64,000 bases of DNA from Octopus sinensis (Eukaryota): assembly GCF_006345805.1 (NCBI RefSeq), contig NC_043016.1, positions 8,556,001 through 8,620,000 on the forward strand, in the 5' to 3' direction. Shown piece after piece: positions 1-12,750 of this stretch (position 1 is the first letter of the stretch; each line of letters opens with the position of its first letter). Under the pieces are notes generated by a model. That model saw only the letters and a list, made by a program, of their open reading frames with translations, was not told the DNA's origin and made no database searches. Both the position numbers and the translations under genes were made by a program.

Positions 1-801
1 ATATATGTGTGTGTTTGTGTGTGTGTGTTTGTCCCCCTAGCATTGCTTGACAACCGATGCTGGTGTGTTTACGACGCCGTATCTTAGCGGTTCGGCAAAA
101 GAGACCAATAGAATAAGTACTGGGCTTACAAAGAATAAGTCCCGGGGTCGATTTGCTCGACTAAAGGCGGTGCTCCAGCATGGCCGCAGTCAAATGACTG
201 AAACAAGTAAAAGAGTAAAAGAGTAAGAGAGTTAAATCTCCTTCAAATTACAACCAATCATCTTTTAAAATGTCACAAACACAGTCAACAATGTTGTTCT
301 ATGTATCCAAAAACATGGAATGATCATAACTGGAAAGCATTTGACCATTGGTGTGCTCAACGAGAACAACAAAAGTTGTGGAGTAATTAACTCAATTGAT
401 TATAAAATAAATAAATATCCAGGCTCATATCAATAGGTATTTTAGATTCATTAAGAAATTAGGTCTGTGAGGGTCTCTCAAAAAAGGCTAAATACTTAGT
501 CACAGTCTGTTTACTTATTTATTCATAACACTTGTACTGACACTTTTGTGAGTATGTATTGATTATTAAACTGCAGAAAGAACCAGGGAAACAAAACTGA
601 GTCGAGTCAATTGTTTAGCAAACAAGAGAAGTTAAGTTTAAATCAAAGGCAAGTGAATGATTTATTACATGAATTAACTTTGTGAAACTCAGAAAGAGGT
701 TGGTAAATAAGGAGAATATTTGATGTAAAGTGTTGCACAGTAGATGTGAGATATACGTGCAGTAGTATAATGTAAGAGAAGTAGACAGATGCATGATAAA
801 A

Positions 802-1030
802 GGCGGCGAGCTGGCAGAAACGTTAGCACGCCAGGCGAAATTCGTAGCCGTATTTTGTCTGTCATTACGTTCCGAGTTCAAATTCCATCGAGGTCGACTT
901 TGCCTTTCATCCTTTCAGGGTCGATAAATAAGTACCAGTTACACACTGGGGTCGATATAATCGACTTAATCCGTTTGTCTGTCCTTGTTTGTCCCCTCTA
1001 TGTTTAGCCCCTTGTGGGTAGTAAAGAAAT
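802..1030 (+). mobile_element. tRNA-derived SINE family C, tail type 1, with 15-bp TSD
   Basis: GGCGGCGAGCTGGCAGAAACGTTAGC..GAGTTCAAATTCC; TSD AGATGCATGATAAAA at 787-801 and 1031-1045. Confidence 0.92.
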
Positions 1031-1407
1031 AGATGCATGATAAAACTGCAGTGCAGTAGGTGTGTAATGTAAATTCAGTACTGCAGCTGTGTGATATGAG
1101 TATAGTGCTTAAGTGTGTGATAATACTGTAGTATTCAAACCGGTCATATCAGGCCCAAATATTCAGTTTTATGTTCAAACTAGCCAGATCTGGCCTCTCA
1201 CACCTTCCGGACAATGTCATTATAAAAACAAACAATCAGGTCATCAAAATCTCAGAGCCTGAGGAGAATGCATAAGTAATTCAAAATAATGTGAATAAAT
1301 AAGTATTACATTTGACAGAATAATCTGAACACTAAAGAGATAAAGGTGGGATACAGTATCTGTAGATGTGTCATAAAAGTAGTATCAGTGACTGGATCAT
1401 TAGACAT

Positions 1408-1925
1408 CATCATCATCATACTCATCATTTAACATCCATTTTCCATGCTAGCATGGGTTGCACGGTTCAACCGGGGTCTGGTAAGCCATGGCGGCTGCAC
1501 CAGGCCTCAGTCTGATTTGGTAGTGTTTCTACAGCTAGATGCCCTTCCTAATGCCAACCACTCCGTGAGGGTAGTGGGTGTTTTTTATGTGCCACCAGCA
1601 CAGGAGAGGCTGGCAAACGGCCATGATCGGTTGGTGCTTTTACGTGTCACTGACACGGACACCAGTCAGGCAATGCTGGTATCTGCCACATTCGGATGGT
1701 GCTTTTTACATGTCACTGGTACGGGTGTCTTAACTACAATTTTCATTTGAATTTTTACTTTGATGTTGATGTCCTCAAGGACAGCAGGTCACTCTATGAT
1801 CCAAGGTTAGCACAGCAGGCTGTCCTGTGAGCCATGGACTCACTTCATTTGTCGGGTCTTCAAAGTCACAGCATATCTCCAGAGGTCTCGGTCTTTCATC
1901 ATAGCCTCTGTGAGACTCAAAGTAC
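1408..1925 (-). mobile_element. RTE 3' fragment (further copies at ~9024-9395 -, 16720-16850 -, 19789-20285 -, 24326-24735 -, 33090-33495 +, 45738-45925 -, 52047-52320 -, 61895-62090 +, 62340-62680 -)
   Basis: (CAT)n then TTTAACATCCATTTTCCATGCTAGCATGGG..GATGCCCTTCCTAATGCCAACCAC; the distal part encodes ..KDRDLWRYAV. Confidence 0.85.
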
Positions 1926-4207
1926 GTTTTTAATAAATGACTTTCATAAATGATTATTATTAAGAACACCACCTTTAAGTTCAAACTTCCTAAAATATTA
2001 TCCTTTCATCAAAATTTCAATTTATGTTGCCAAGCACCGTCTTAATGTTATTTCTCTAAATTCTTCCTTGTGTTAAAAAATATAATCGAAGCAAAAGCAG
2101 TGTATTTCTGCAGAAGTATGGTAACAAAAGAGGAAAGTCATTATCTGAAACTGAAATTTGTTGGCTGATATAATCAAGATGAGACAGTCACATATTTATG
2201 TTTTATTTGATTTGACTTTTACAGTGAAGCAATACAAAGATTGTAGTTGGTTAGCGTCAATGCTTGAAGATCTCTTCTATGATACCATTTCTTTCTCTCA
2301 CTAATCCAATAATCCATTTCCACAAGAAAAGATCTGACAAAATTCTTTATTAATATCAATAAAGTCACATATATGAAGACTAGGTTTTTTAATATCTGCT
2401 GAATAATTTTTTTAACCCAACCCATAGCATTTATTGAACTGTAGTTAGATCCAACATCATTAATTGAGGTAGTACTGTAATTGAAAACTGTGTCTCTGGA
2501 TTCATTTGTACTATATTCCGAACAATAATGACTGTTAATTCCCTTCCAGGATTTTCATTTAAATGCAGTTAGTTCCAACATTTGTATTACATATCGCCAA
2601 AGAATGTGCCTTTGGTTTCATTTATGTCATATTCCTGGCAATAACATTAAGGCCTCTCCAAGATATTTAACTACCACCAATTCTATTAGAGTTGTGGATA
2701 GGCAGAATTATTTGAATGTCAGGAAAAAAATGCATTGTAGAATTTATTCTGGCTCTTTATGTTCTGAGTTCAAATCTGACTAAATCCAAATATGCCTCTC
2801 CTCTATTCAGGTACAGGGAAGGATATAATCAACTAATCCCCTCCGATCAAAATTACTGTTTTGTGATTAAATTAGAAAGCATTATTATTATGATTATTAT
2901 CATCATTATTAATTATTAAGGTGATGAGCTGGCAAAGTCGTTAGCAAGCTGGATGAAATGCTTAGCGGTATTCCGCCTGCTACTACATTCTTATTTCTTT
3001 ACTGCCCACAAGGGGCTAAACATAGAGGGGGACAAACAAGGACAGAGAAAGGGATTAAGTCGATTACATCAACCCCAGTGGATAACTGGTACTTAATTTA
3101 TCGACCCCGAAAGGATGAAGGACAAAGTTGGCCTCGGCGGAATTTGAACTCAGAACGTAACGGCAGACGAAATACGGCTACGCATTTCACCCGGCGGGCT
3201 AACGTTTCTGCCAGCTCACCGCCTTTCTACATTCCTCGTTGCTAAATTCCACCAAGGTCAACCTAGCCTTTTGTCCTTTTGGGGTCAATAAATTAAGCAC
3301 CAGTGAAACACTGGGATTAATGTAATCAACTAGTCCCTTCCCCGATAACTTTAACCCTTGTGCCTATATTAGAAAGATCATCATCACCATCATCGTCATC
3401 ATCATTATTAGCAGCAGTAGCAATAGTCACACCACTGAAGATCATCATTGGATACCTGACAATAAATATCTGTAAACTACCATCTATGGTCTTCATTCAA
3501 CTGTGGTCAGGTATAACATTATCATCATGTATTATGATAATTAGCATTGTGAAATCACTGAGGACTGTGTTTTTGGATTCACTTATGATATGTATTTGGT
3601 AAACAAAATCCTATTAATTTCACCATTAAGTCCTTCTTTTTTCATTACTGAAAAGTTTTTAAGAAGAAAACAATATCCCTTCTGGCAAAATAATATAAAA
3701 TAAAGAAAAGACATTGTATTGAACAAGGTCAAATCTCAAACAAATGAGAGTATTTGGAAACCACTGCCATCATCATCTAACGTCCATGTTCCATGTTGGA
3801 ATGGTTTGGCTGCTTTCACAAGATATAATGGGTCCAAGGAATATCGGCAGTAAAAAATGTAGATGGCACCTTCCCACATATACTTAACACATGATCATGC
3901 ACACACACACACACCACACACACACATAACATAGTATACATATACATGTGTGTGTGTGTACATACTTGTATTTGTGTATATTTTGCCCTTCTCTCAAAAT
4001 AAAATCGCAAGTCACAAGCAGTGATATTGACACTTTTCCTGTCAACGGAACATCTGTTGGCTTCGTGACTCCAAAGACTTGTGAAATAAGAAATTTCTCA
4101 CTTGAAAAATCAGTGACAATAACAGCATCCAGTTGTAAAACAAGGCCTTGGCAATATATTTGTCTAAATAATTCAAACATTGAAAAATGGAAATAAAAAC
4201 AAATAAA

Positions 4208-4269
<62 letters not shown>

Positions 4270-5026
4270 ATATATATATAATAAGAAAGGATATACATAT
4301 ATATATAATAAGAAAGGATATATATATATAATAATAATAATATTAGGGAGTATAACTCCAAACTTCCGGAAAAAATTCAATTTAGTATTAAATCAAATTC
4401 ACAGTATAAATATATAAAATATGAATTAGAGATAAAACCACTATTATGCAATTCAAACAGTGATAGACATAAACCAATACATAAATAACAAATAATATAA
4501 TTATTAATTAATATAATTTATAAAATATATATATATTTTACATATATATTTTTTTCAAAAAGTATAAAATGAATGATAAAGATAATTGAAATATTATGCA
4601 TTACTTCTCCTTAAATCACTAATTATTTCCCTTTTCTACATAATTCCATAATTTTTGGTCAAATAGCTAAGCTCTGAACAGAATGAGTTTATGATCCAGG
4701 TTCACAGTTAAACATATACTCTCACACACACACACCTATTTACATCTTTCCAAAACTCATGACCATCAATCACAAACAATACCAACATCCCTTCTCTTGC
4801 TCAGACACCTTAAGAGCCGGTTCTCTTACTTCGGTATTCTTACTGTTTTCCTTTAGTCCTCACTCATCAAATTTCCAAAGACCGGAATTCAGACATAAAA
4901 CTTTTACAACTTTCCCATCCAATCGTAAGTTACACTTATTACATAACAATCAAAAGAAAGAAGAAGTAAAAAAAGAAGTGAAAAAAAAGGACCAAAATAC
5001 ACCCCCACAATAAAACCAATACTTAC

Positions 5027-5136
5027 TCTTTGGTGGTCCAAACAGCACAACATCCATTGCTTTCAAAGACAGCTTCTGTTTGTGTACATTGTTCTTCACA
5101 CCAATAGTACTTAGGTATTGATGGCTGGCAGCCATT
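5027..5136 (-). CDS. STIM: STIM internal exon (equivalent to STIM1 exon 5; SAM domain C-half)
   Basis: 110 bp, acceptor tcttatttacAG, donor GTaagt. Translates (R)MAASHQYLSTIGVKNNVHKQKLSLKAMDVVLFGPPK, matching HRQKLQLKALDTVLFGPP. Phase 2 to 1. Confidence 0.96.
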
Positions 5137-5582
5137 CTGTAAATAAGATATATCAACATTTAGAAATAGTGAAACACATATTACATACTAAAATAAAAGA
5201 TAAGGAGGTGGTTTACCAGTTTGTCTTCATTCTGTTTAACATCAATTTTTAATCTGCTTGCATGATTTTTAACATTGCTTGAGGCACCCACCACCACCAC
5301 CACCACCACCACCACCCTCAGATATTTTCTTTTTATTTCAAAGGAATTCAATACCCAAAGTATACATTGCTTAACTATTCAAACACTAATTTCACTGAGA
5401 TAGCTGATGCCTCACTATTACAAGGTCTTCTTTTTGTTCTAGCTGAAAACAGAAATCTCTTCACAGAATTCAGTTGGAACTAGGCAAAGCCTGGAACTTT
5501 AAATGAGATTTTCTTTTCTTTTACCCAGAATATAAACTTTATTTTCATTCGACGGATATTTATCCTCATCTTGTTTGTTGTT

Positions 5583-5629
5583 AACACAACATTTCGGCTG
5601 ATATACCCTCCAAGCCTTCATCAGGTGTC
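5583..5629 (-). ncRNA. Minimal type-I hammerhead ribozyme-like motif (left arm of foldback 1)
   Basis: GACAC CTGATGA A GGCT..AGCC GAAA TG TT GTGTT: core boxes, stem I GACAC/GTGTT, stem II, GUU triplet. Confidence 0.65.
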
Positions 5630-5713
5630 TTACGGAAATTTCGAACCTGGATTCTCATTCCTAATATCGAAAAATACCTTAGGAATGAGAACCCAGGTTC
5701 GAAATTTCCCCAA

Positions 5714-5759
5714 GACATCTGATGAAGGCTGGAGAGTATATCAGCTGAAACGTTGTGTT
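5714..5759 (+). ncRNA. Minimal type-I hammerhead ribozyme-like motif (right arm of foldback 1)
   Basis: GACAT CTGATGA A GGCTG-gagagtatat-CAGCT GAAA CG TT GTGTT. Palindromic stem III ACGT, GUU triplet. Confidence 0.72.
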
Positions 5760-6158
5760 AACAACAAACAAGATGAGGACAAATATCCATCAAATGTAAA
5801 TAATGTACATAATTCCTCATCTCTTAAATATAGAACTGTAGAATATAAACTGCTGCTAAATATTACTATGTCAATAATAATAATAATGATGATGATGATG
5901 GTGGTGGTAACGGTGGTGGTTTCAAATTTTGGTACAAGACAAGCAATTATAAGGGAGGAATTCAATTACATCAATCCCAGTGATCAAGTGGTGCTTATTT
6001 TAATGACCCTGAAAGGATGAAAGTCAAAGTCAACTTTGGTGGAATTTGAACTCAGAACACACAGATGAACAAAATACTGCCAAGCATTTATTTGTCTGCT
6101 GTGCCAATAATTCTACTAGCTCACTGCCTTAATAATGATGATGATGATGATGATGACG

Positions 6159-6194
<36 letters not shown>

Positions 6195-6419
6195 TCTACT
6201 GTAGGCATAAGGCCTGAAATTTTGGGGGAAGGGACTAGTCGATTACATTGACCCCAGTGCTTCACTGGTACTTTATTTATCAACCCCAAGAGGATGAAAG
6301 GCAAAGTCGACCTTGGTGGAATTTGAACTCAGAATGTTGTGGCAGACAAAATACTGCTAAGTATTTTGTCTGACATGCTAGTAATTCTGCCCGCTCGCCA
6401 CCTTAATAATAACAATAAT

Positions 6420-6800
6420 GAAAGCAAATGATGCTGGATCATAGACATAGCACGCCCAGCTGACAACAAGGTATGTGATAAGGAAGAAATAAAAGTCAAT
6501 AGATATGACAGGTTAGCTTGGGAGGGTAAGCAGTTGTGGTCGATGAAAAAGGTAGCAGTAGTACCAATAGTTGTTGGAGCCCTGGGAACAGTGAATAAAA
6601 ATCTTGAGAAGTACGTGGAACAAATAGGGACTGCAATAAGTGGGGAGAACAGCATTGCTTGAAACCGCTCGAATACTCCAGATGGTGCTCAAAAAATAAG
6701 AGGTGTTACCTTAGTTCACTGGTAGTGAACAGCTGACACCATAGTACATCTCCAGGGTTAGAAACTGTGCAAAGGCAATAAAATAATAATAATAATAATC
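6420..6800 (+). mobile_element. R4/Dong-clade LINE 3' fragment (restriction-like endonuclease) with (AAT)n tail
   Basis: CWIIDIARPADNKVCDKEEIKVNRYDRLAWE..LWSMKKVAVVPIVVGALGTV..ALLETARILQMVL; AAT repeats on both sides. Confidence 0.82.
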
Positions 6801-7905
6801 CTTTCTACTATAGGTAGGAGATAGTGATTACATTGGCCCCAATTATGCTATCAATACCAAAGGATGAAAGGCAAATTCGAACTCAGTGAAATTTAATAAT
6901 AATAATAATATTAGTTTCAAATTTTGGTGGGGAGAGTGGGTAAGCCAATTACATCAATGCCAGTGCTTAACTGGAACTTATTTTATTGACCCAGAAAGAA
7001 GGAAAGGCAAAGACAACCCCGGCAGAATTTGAACTAAAAACATAAAGGCAGACAGAATGCCACTAAGCATTTTGCCCTGCATACTAACAGTTCTGCCAGC
7101 TCACAACCCTACTTTAATAATACAAGCCCGAGACAATAAATTAGACAGTTAATTTCAAGATATCCCCCATTGCTTTATGGATTCCTAAACAAAAATGAAA
7201 TGCAAACTCGCATCAGGATTTGAACCGAAAATACATAGAAAAGAAACTGAATACAGTATGGATGTATTCAAGTTTGATACACTAGTCACTCTGAGTAATA
7301 ACTACTCCACGAAAGCCCAGTCTGAAGCATCTAAATTCCCCCTATCTGCAATTCAATTACATAATTTGGCACTCTAATACCGAAGTTGTCTTTCTTTTGT
7401 GATTCTTTCAGTAAAAGTCTGAAAGACTAAGATGTAATATAGTGATGATCACTAGAGGTGGGTGGGAGGGATGATGGATGATGGTTGCATCAGCTTGAAT
7501 CAGATGAGAAATTAAAACGGATGGATTTGGGGAAGCTTGTATTTCATCATTTTTATATATTTAAGCATGTAATTTATAAGTATATATAAGCATATATCTT
7601 ATCATTTTTAGCATTTTGAGAAGTAAGGTTAAAGATGAAGCTATGGTATAATTTTGTTAGTCTTTGGAAAATCTTCAACATCTACAACTACAACAAATCA
7701 AAAATGCAAAAAAAAAAAAAAAGAAATACAAAATAAAAAATACAAGAAAGTGCCATAACATTTATATCTACAGCAGAACAATGGATAACCTTCCAAAGAC
7801 TTAATAAAGAACAAGATCTGGGGAGAGGCTGATAAAGAACAATAAATCTTGATTGATGAATGTACCATATAATGTAATATGGGCAAGTGTGTGCATGCTT
7901 GGTCA

Positions 7906-7961
<56 letters not shown>

Positions 7962-8487
7962 CATATTTGTACACACACAAGGAATACACAAAGAAGGCTA
8001 TGAACTGTACTAATCACTTGGAGAAAAGTTCAATGTCTGTTGCTACTGCCATTGTGTTGTGCCCAGTGCTTGCTGCACTGCACCTGACTGAATATAAAAC
8101 ACTTCCTACTCCACAGCTAAGCAGTTACACCTATGAAAGTAGAAGAGGAGTGGGTGAGAAACAAAAAAACAAAAACAAAAAAAAAACAGAATGAAGTATC
8201 ACGAGAAAGCTGCTAGTGTTGTCTTAATATCATTATCAGCTGAACTGACATCAAACATGGTGAAAACAAGATGTGTGTGAATGCTTTAGACTTTACAAAA
8301 AGCAAGCAAAAAACAAAAAAAAAAAAATCATACACGGTTCTGAAGAGAACCCCCCCCCCCCAATCGACTTGTAACTGTGGTTCTCCATGATACAGTTATT
8401 AAATGCAAAACAATAAAATCAATACACAATTGTTGTGAGAGTGTTCGACAAAGAATAATACACCAAATACAGGAGAGAAAGAGAGAA

Positions 8488-8526
<39 letters not shown>

Positions 8527-9544
8527 GTAGGCGGAATTCACAATTGCTGTTTTTACAATGGCATCAAAAAAAAAAAAAACCTTGTAAATTTTCTTTGTCG
8601 TAGAAACAAAGAAGAGAGAATTGTTGTCGGAGATAGTTTACACCTGAAATTACTATGGTAATCCAAAGTTATAAGCAAAAGACTTCTTCACTGCTCACCA
8701 AACTTAACTGAGTCTTTTATATGTATGAATATGAACTAAACTCGTCTTCCATTTCAGACAGAAACCTACCCACCCACTCCCGAAGAAGAAATGCAGTATT
8801 CTTGGAAACTGGAATGAAAAAGATGACTATTGCAACAAAATGCAAAAAAAGAGAACACGGGGTTCATTTTAAATAAAGACAGTTTCTTCAAAAATTCTCT
8901 TTTACCAATATGAATGTTTCATTGTGAGGAATCAGTTTTAAAGACACTTAAATAAATTTGCAGAGGCTTCTCTGTCTGTGTGTATGTATGTGTGTGTGTG
9001 TGTGTGTGTGTTTGTGTGTGTCTCATCATCATCATCATCATCGTTTAATGTCTGCTTTCCATGCTAGCATGGGTTGCACGAATGACTGAGGGCTGGCGAA
9101 CCAGATGGCTGCACCAGGCTTCAATCTTGATCTGGCAGAGTTTCTACAGCTGGATGCTCTTCCTAACACCAACCACTCTGAGAGTGTAGTGGATGCTTTT
9201 ACGTGTCAGTAAGGCGGTACTGGCAACAACCTCACTCGAATCTTTTACACATGCCACTGGCACAGGTGCCAGTAAGGCGATGCTGGTAATGATCACACTC
9301 AAATGGTGTCTTTTACATGCCACCGGCATGGAGGCCAGATAGCCGCTCTGGCAACAATCACGTTCGGATGGTGCTCTTAATACCCTACTAGTACGGTGTG
9401 CGTGAATGTTTTAACTGGCAAATGTTATAGCATTGCATAGAATAAATAGTGAATTTTGTTCTGGAGTTCAAATCCCATTGGAGTCAACTTTGCCTTTCAT
9501 TCTTTAGGTTGGTAAATAGACAACCAGCACAGTAACTGGTACTC

Positions 9545-10310
9545 TCGTCACATTCTACATGCTGTTCTGGATCAAGGTGGAAGGTTCAAGAAGATGTTTA
9601 TGTCTGCTCACTACATAAGCTCTTAAATAACATTAGCAAAAGCATGGTACATGTCAATACTAAGTCGTCCCCAAGTTCAAGTGATGGCTAGTTTCTTTGT
9701 TATTCTTTATAAGAAAAAAATAAACACAGGCTATTATTCAAAGGCAGGCTGAGTTTCAGAGTGAAAGCATGAACTGTGATTCACAGCCACTTCTGGTCAT
9801 TTGTCAATGCCACCATGCTACATTCCACCAGAAAAAGACTATTAGTTGATGTTAGCAGGAAGTATAATGAAAGAAGTATGTGAAAGAAGGAAAGTTGTAA
9901 ATCTAGTCGAGTTAATGGTTCCTCATGAAGATAATATGGAAGCCGCTCTGGCTCGAAAGATTGAACATTATGTAAACCTCTTCGAGGAATGTGAAGACGC
10001 AGGCTGGAAAGCAGAACATTTTCCAATCGAAGTTGGATGTAGAGGGTTTGTTGGACACAGTGTGAGATGACTGTTGTTATCGTTAGGCCTAACTCATTGT
10101 AAAGTCAATACCACCATGACCGATATCCAAACTACAGTGGAGAAGGCTAACCACTGGATTTGGTTAAAAAGAGACGATGAGCAATGGCTAGAAGAATATT
10201 GAGCTTTATTTGATAACCAGCTGATCTAGCAAGCGGGGCCTCATATCAGTGAGTGTGTGCCGGTGTGCATTGACGCTGTCAAGAGATAGGCCCTGAAACG
10301 GTGCGAAATA
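9545..10310 (+). mobile_element. R2-superfamily (HERO/NeSL-like) LINE 3' fragment
   Basis: VVNLVELMVPHEDNMEAALARKIEHYVNLFEECEDAGWKAEHFPIEVGCRGFVG..EKANHWIWLKRDD (RLE domain); upstream HIL..LDQG remnant. Confidence 0.8.
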
Positions 10311-12109
10311 TAAATATAATTTCCTTATATTTCTAATAATTACTAACAAATTGAAAACAATATTAGACATCATAAACACTGTACTTATGAGACAGGCAGA
10401 GAGAGAGAGACAAAGACAGACAGTATCAATCTACAATTAGAAAAGAGTCACAACAGCCATTCTAACTTGGCTCACAAATGAACCAATCTAATCGGAGGAA
10501 ACTACTGTCGGTACATGTCAGCTAAAAGCAGTCACACACAGTTCCACAAAATGAAAATAAATGTGTTTGCATTGAGGAACAGATATGTTTCAATGTTTCA
10601 AATATTCTTCGAGACATACTAAAGTACAGAAAATAAAGATGAAAACCAATTTAAGCACACTTAAAATCATAACCTTATTATGTTGAAGGCATCTCTCTTT
10701 TGATAATAAAGTTAGCAAGGCTGAGTTTGATTAATATTTAAGCAAATACTTCACAAACGATTATACTTTAGCTTAATGGTTTGCTTTTATTTTTGTGTCT
10801 TAGTCAGAGTGGAGGAAGGACAACACCTATGGCACTATTAGGGCTGTGTTTGTAGTAAGAAAAGGAGGAATTGCTTAACCAAATACATGGCTTGATGTTT
10901 GCAACAGATTGGACTTCACTAAAGACACCCAAAAGCCATTAATTGTGCCATCCAAAAACACACTTTCAGAAAGTTACCATACAGTTTCTATCTACCGAAG
11001 TTTAACTGACCATAAGCTCTGGTAAATGACGCCAAATGGTGCAGTGCGGTAAGATTGGACTCTCAACCTCATAATTGTAAATTAAACTTCTTAACAACAG
11101 AGCCATGCGTGGTACAGAATGGATACCAATTTTTTTTTTTTGTCTTTTTTAAATCAACTTCTCCATAAAATTCCATTCTACCTAAATCTAGCATGGAAGT
11201 ATTGTTATAAAAAAAACAAAAAAAAACTCATTCGCAAAATTTTTTGGAGAAAAATAATCCAGATTCATTTAGGATGAAACTTTATGACTGACATTATGTT
11301 GGTTTTTTCCAGAGTGGCATGGGTTCAATAGGTCTGCTTTATCACTACCACTTTGCATTTGCTATGGTCATTTGTCATCTTCATTTTAAGGTTCGTCATC
11401 CACAGAGCAGACCTCATCCTTTATTCCCACATCATTTGCCTTCCTCCTGTTATTAGAAAATTAATAACAGGGTTTACAGTTTTTATTTTTGTTTTTTATG
11501 CTTCATCCCACCCATTTAATTTGCTTTCAAACCTTACTTGCATTCGGAAGAAAAGAAAAAAAAAAAAAAAAAATCACTGATAACAAGTTAAAGAGGTTTC
11601 ATAAAAAATCAGAGCATCAGCAACAGCTATACTACAGATTATGGGTGAACTATACTAAAGGGCAAAGGGAATTTCAAAAGGATCGTTCTAATAAAAATTT
11701 TAACATCTGAAGTGAAAACAGGAAGAGAAGGACAGCTGGAAAATAACATTTTAAAAAAGAAAATTGCTTCAAATTCTTATCAAGCATTTCAATTCAGAGA
11801 ATGTCATGGTTAGACTACTAAAAACTAAAGTAAAATTCAAATATTCAACAAAGCTTGAAATTAATACTATTTCACAACAGTTCCAAATGTCCATGCTCAG
11901 TAAGGTTACTATCAATGAAAATAATAACAATACATTCCAAAGAAGATATTTTGAGCACGATTCTTGATTATAGGGAGAATATAGCAATTTTTTCTTTTTT
12001 TTAATCTCAAAGATAACTTTCTAAAATGGAAAGGAAGGTAGGTATAAAAGCCACTGTTAAAAATGAAAAATGCTACCGCAATATGTCATAGCACCATACT
12101 TTCTAATAA

Positions 12110-12148
<39 letters not shown>

Positions 12149-12750
12149 GATGCAAAAAAATATCATAAACACTTGGTCCTAGCTTAGAAGGAAGAATCAC
12201 TTAACTGTTGTACGCCACTTATAGTTTACAGGGAAACAATTCGGTCAAAGCTTGAAGCGCTCGTATCTGTAAAGATATCTTTATAGCTTTGATAATAAAA
12301 AAAGTCAAAAATTTTAACATCTAATCAACATAGATTTATTTAAAAAAAAAAAAAAAAGAAACGGTTCTTCAAACAAACTAATTTAACATTGTTTTATATG
12401 GACATCAAACCAACACACACACAAATTCGTACACTGTGTGGTCAGTCAACGTACTTTAGAAATTTGTTTATAATACTGTGTTTAGACGTGTTTTTTTTTC
12501 CGATATCTTCATAGTAAGATTAGTGTTAATTAGGTTAAGCAGCTGTGACTACATTTCACACAGTTGCTATCTGTATTTAGGCATAACTGGAGCAACGGTT
12601 TTATGGATGAGTGCAACAGTTAACGTCAATTGCAGCAGATTTGGGAACATGAAAGAATAACTGGGCTTTAATTAGGAAGAAAATGTGAAAATTTCATAAC
12701 ATCAACTGGGAACATGCTGCTGTGTGGAGTAAATCAAAGCAGATCATAAA

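Larger units (their letters stand above)
5546..5840. mobile_element. Non-coding foldback element 1 (Penelope pLTR-like arms)
   Basis: Arms ~5546-5664 and ~5679-5796 are reverse complements with a 14-nt spacer. Same family as 46155-46680. Confidence 0.8.

Noticed and set aside
2220-2690. Possible old LINE remnant (KYLG-like motif, minus)
   Set aside because: Too degenerate to assign.
3884-4196. Overlapping ORFs on both strands in non-repetitive sequence
   Set aside because: No recognisable domain, no splice signals fitting STIM, partly microsatellite-derived; a BLASTx would be needed.
1-5026. Next STIM exon (transmembrane segment, ..GGCWFAY..)
   Set aside because: Not found in 1-5026, and the canonical EF-hand exon was not found in 56523-64000; both presumably lie outside the window.
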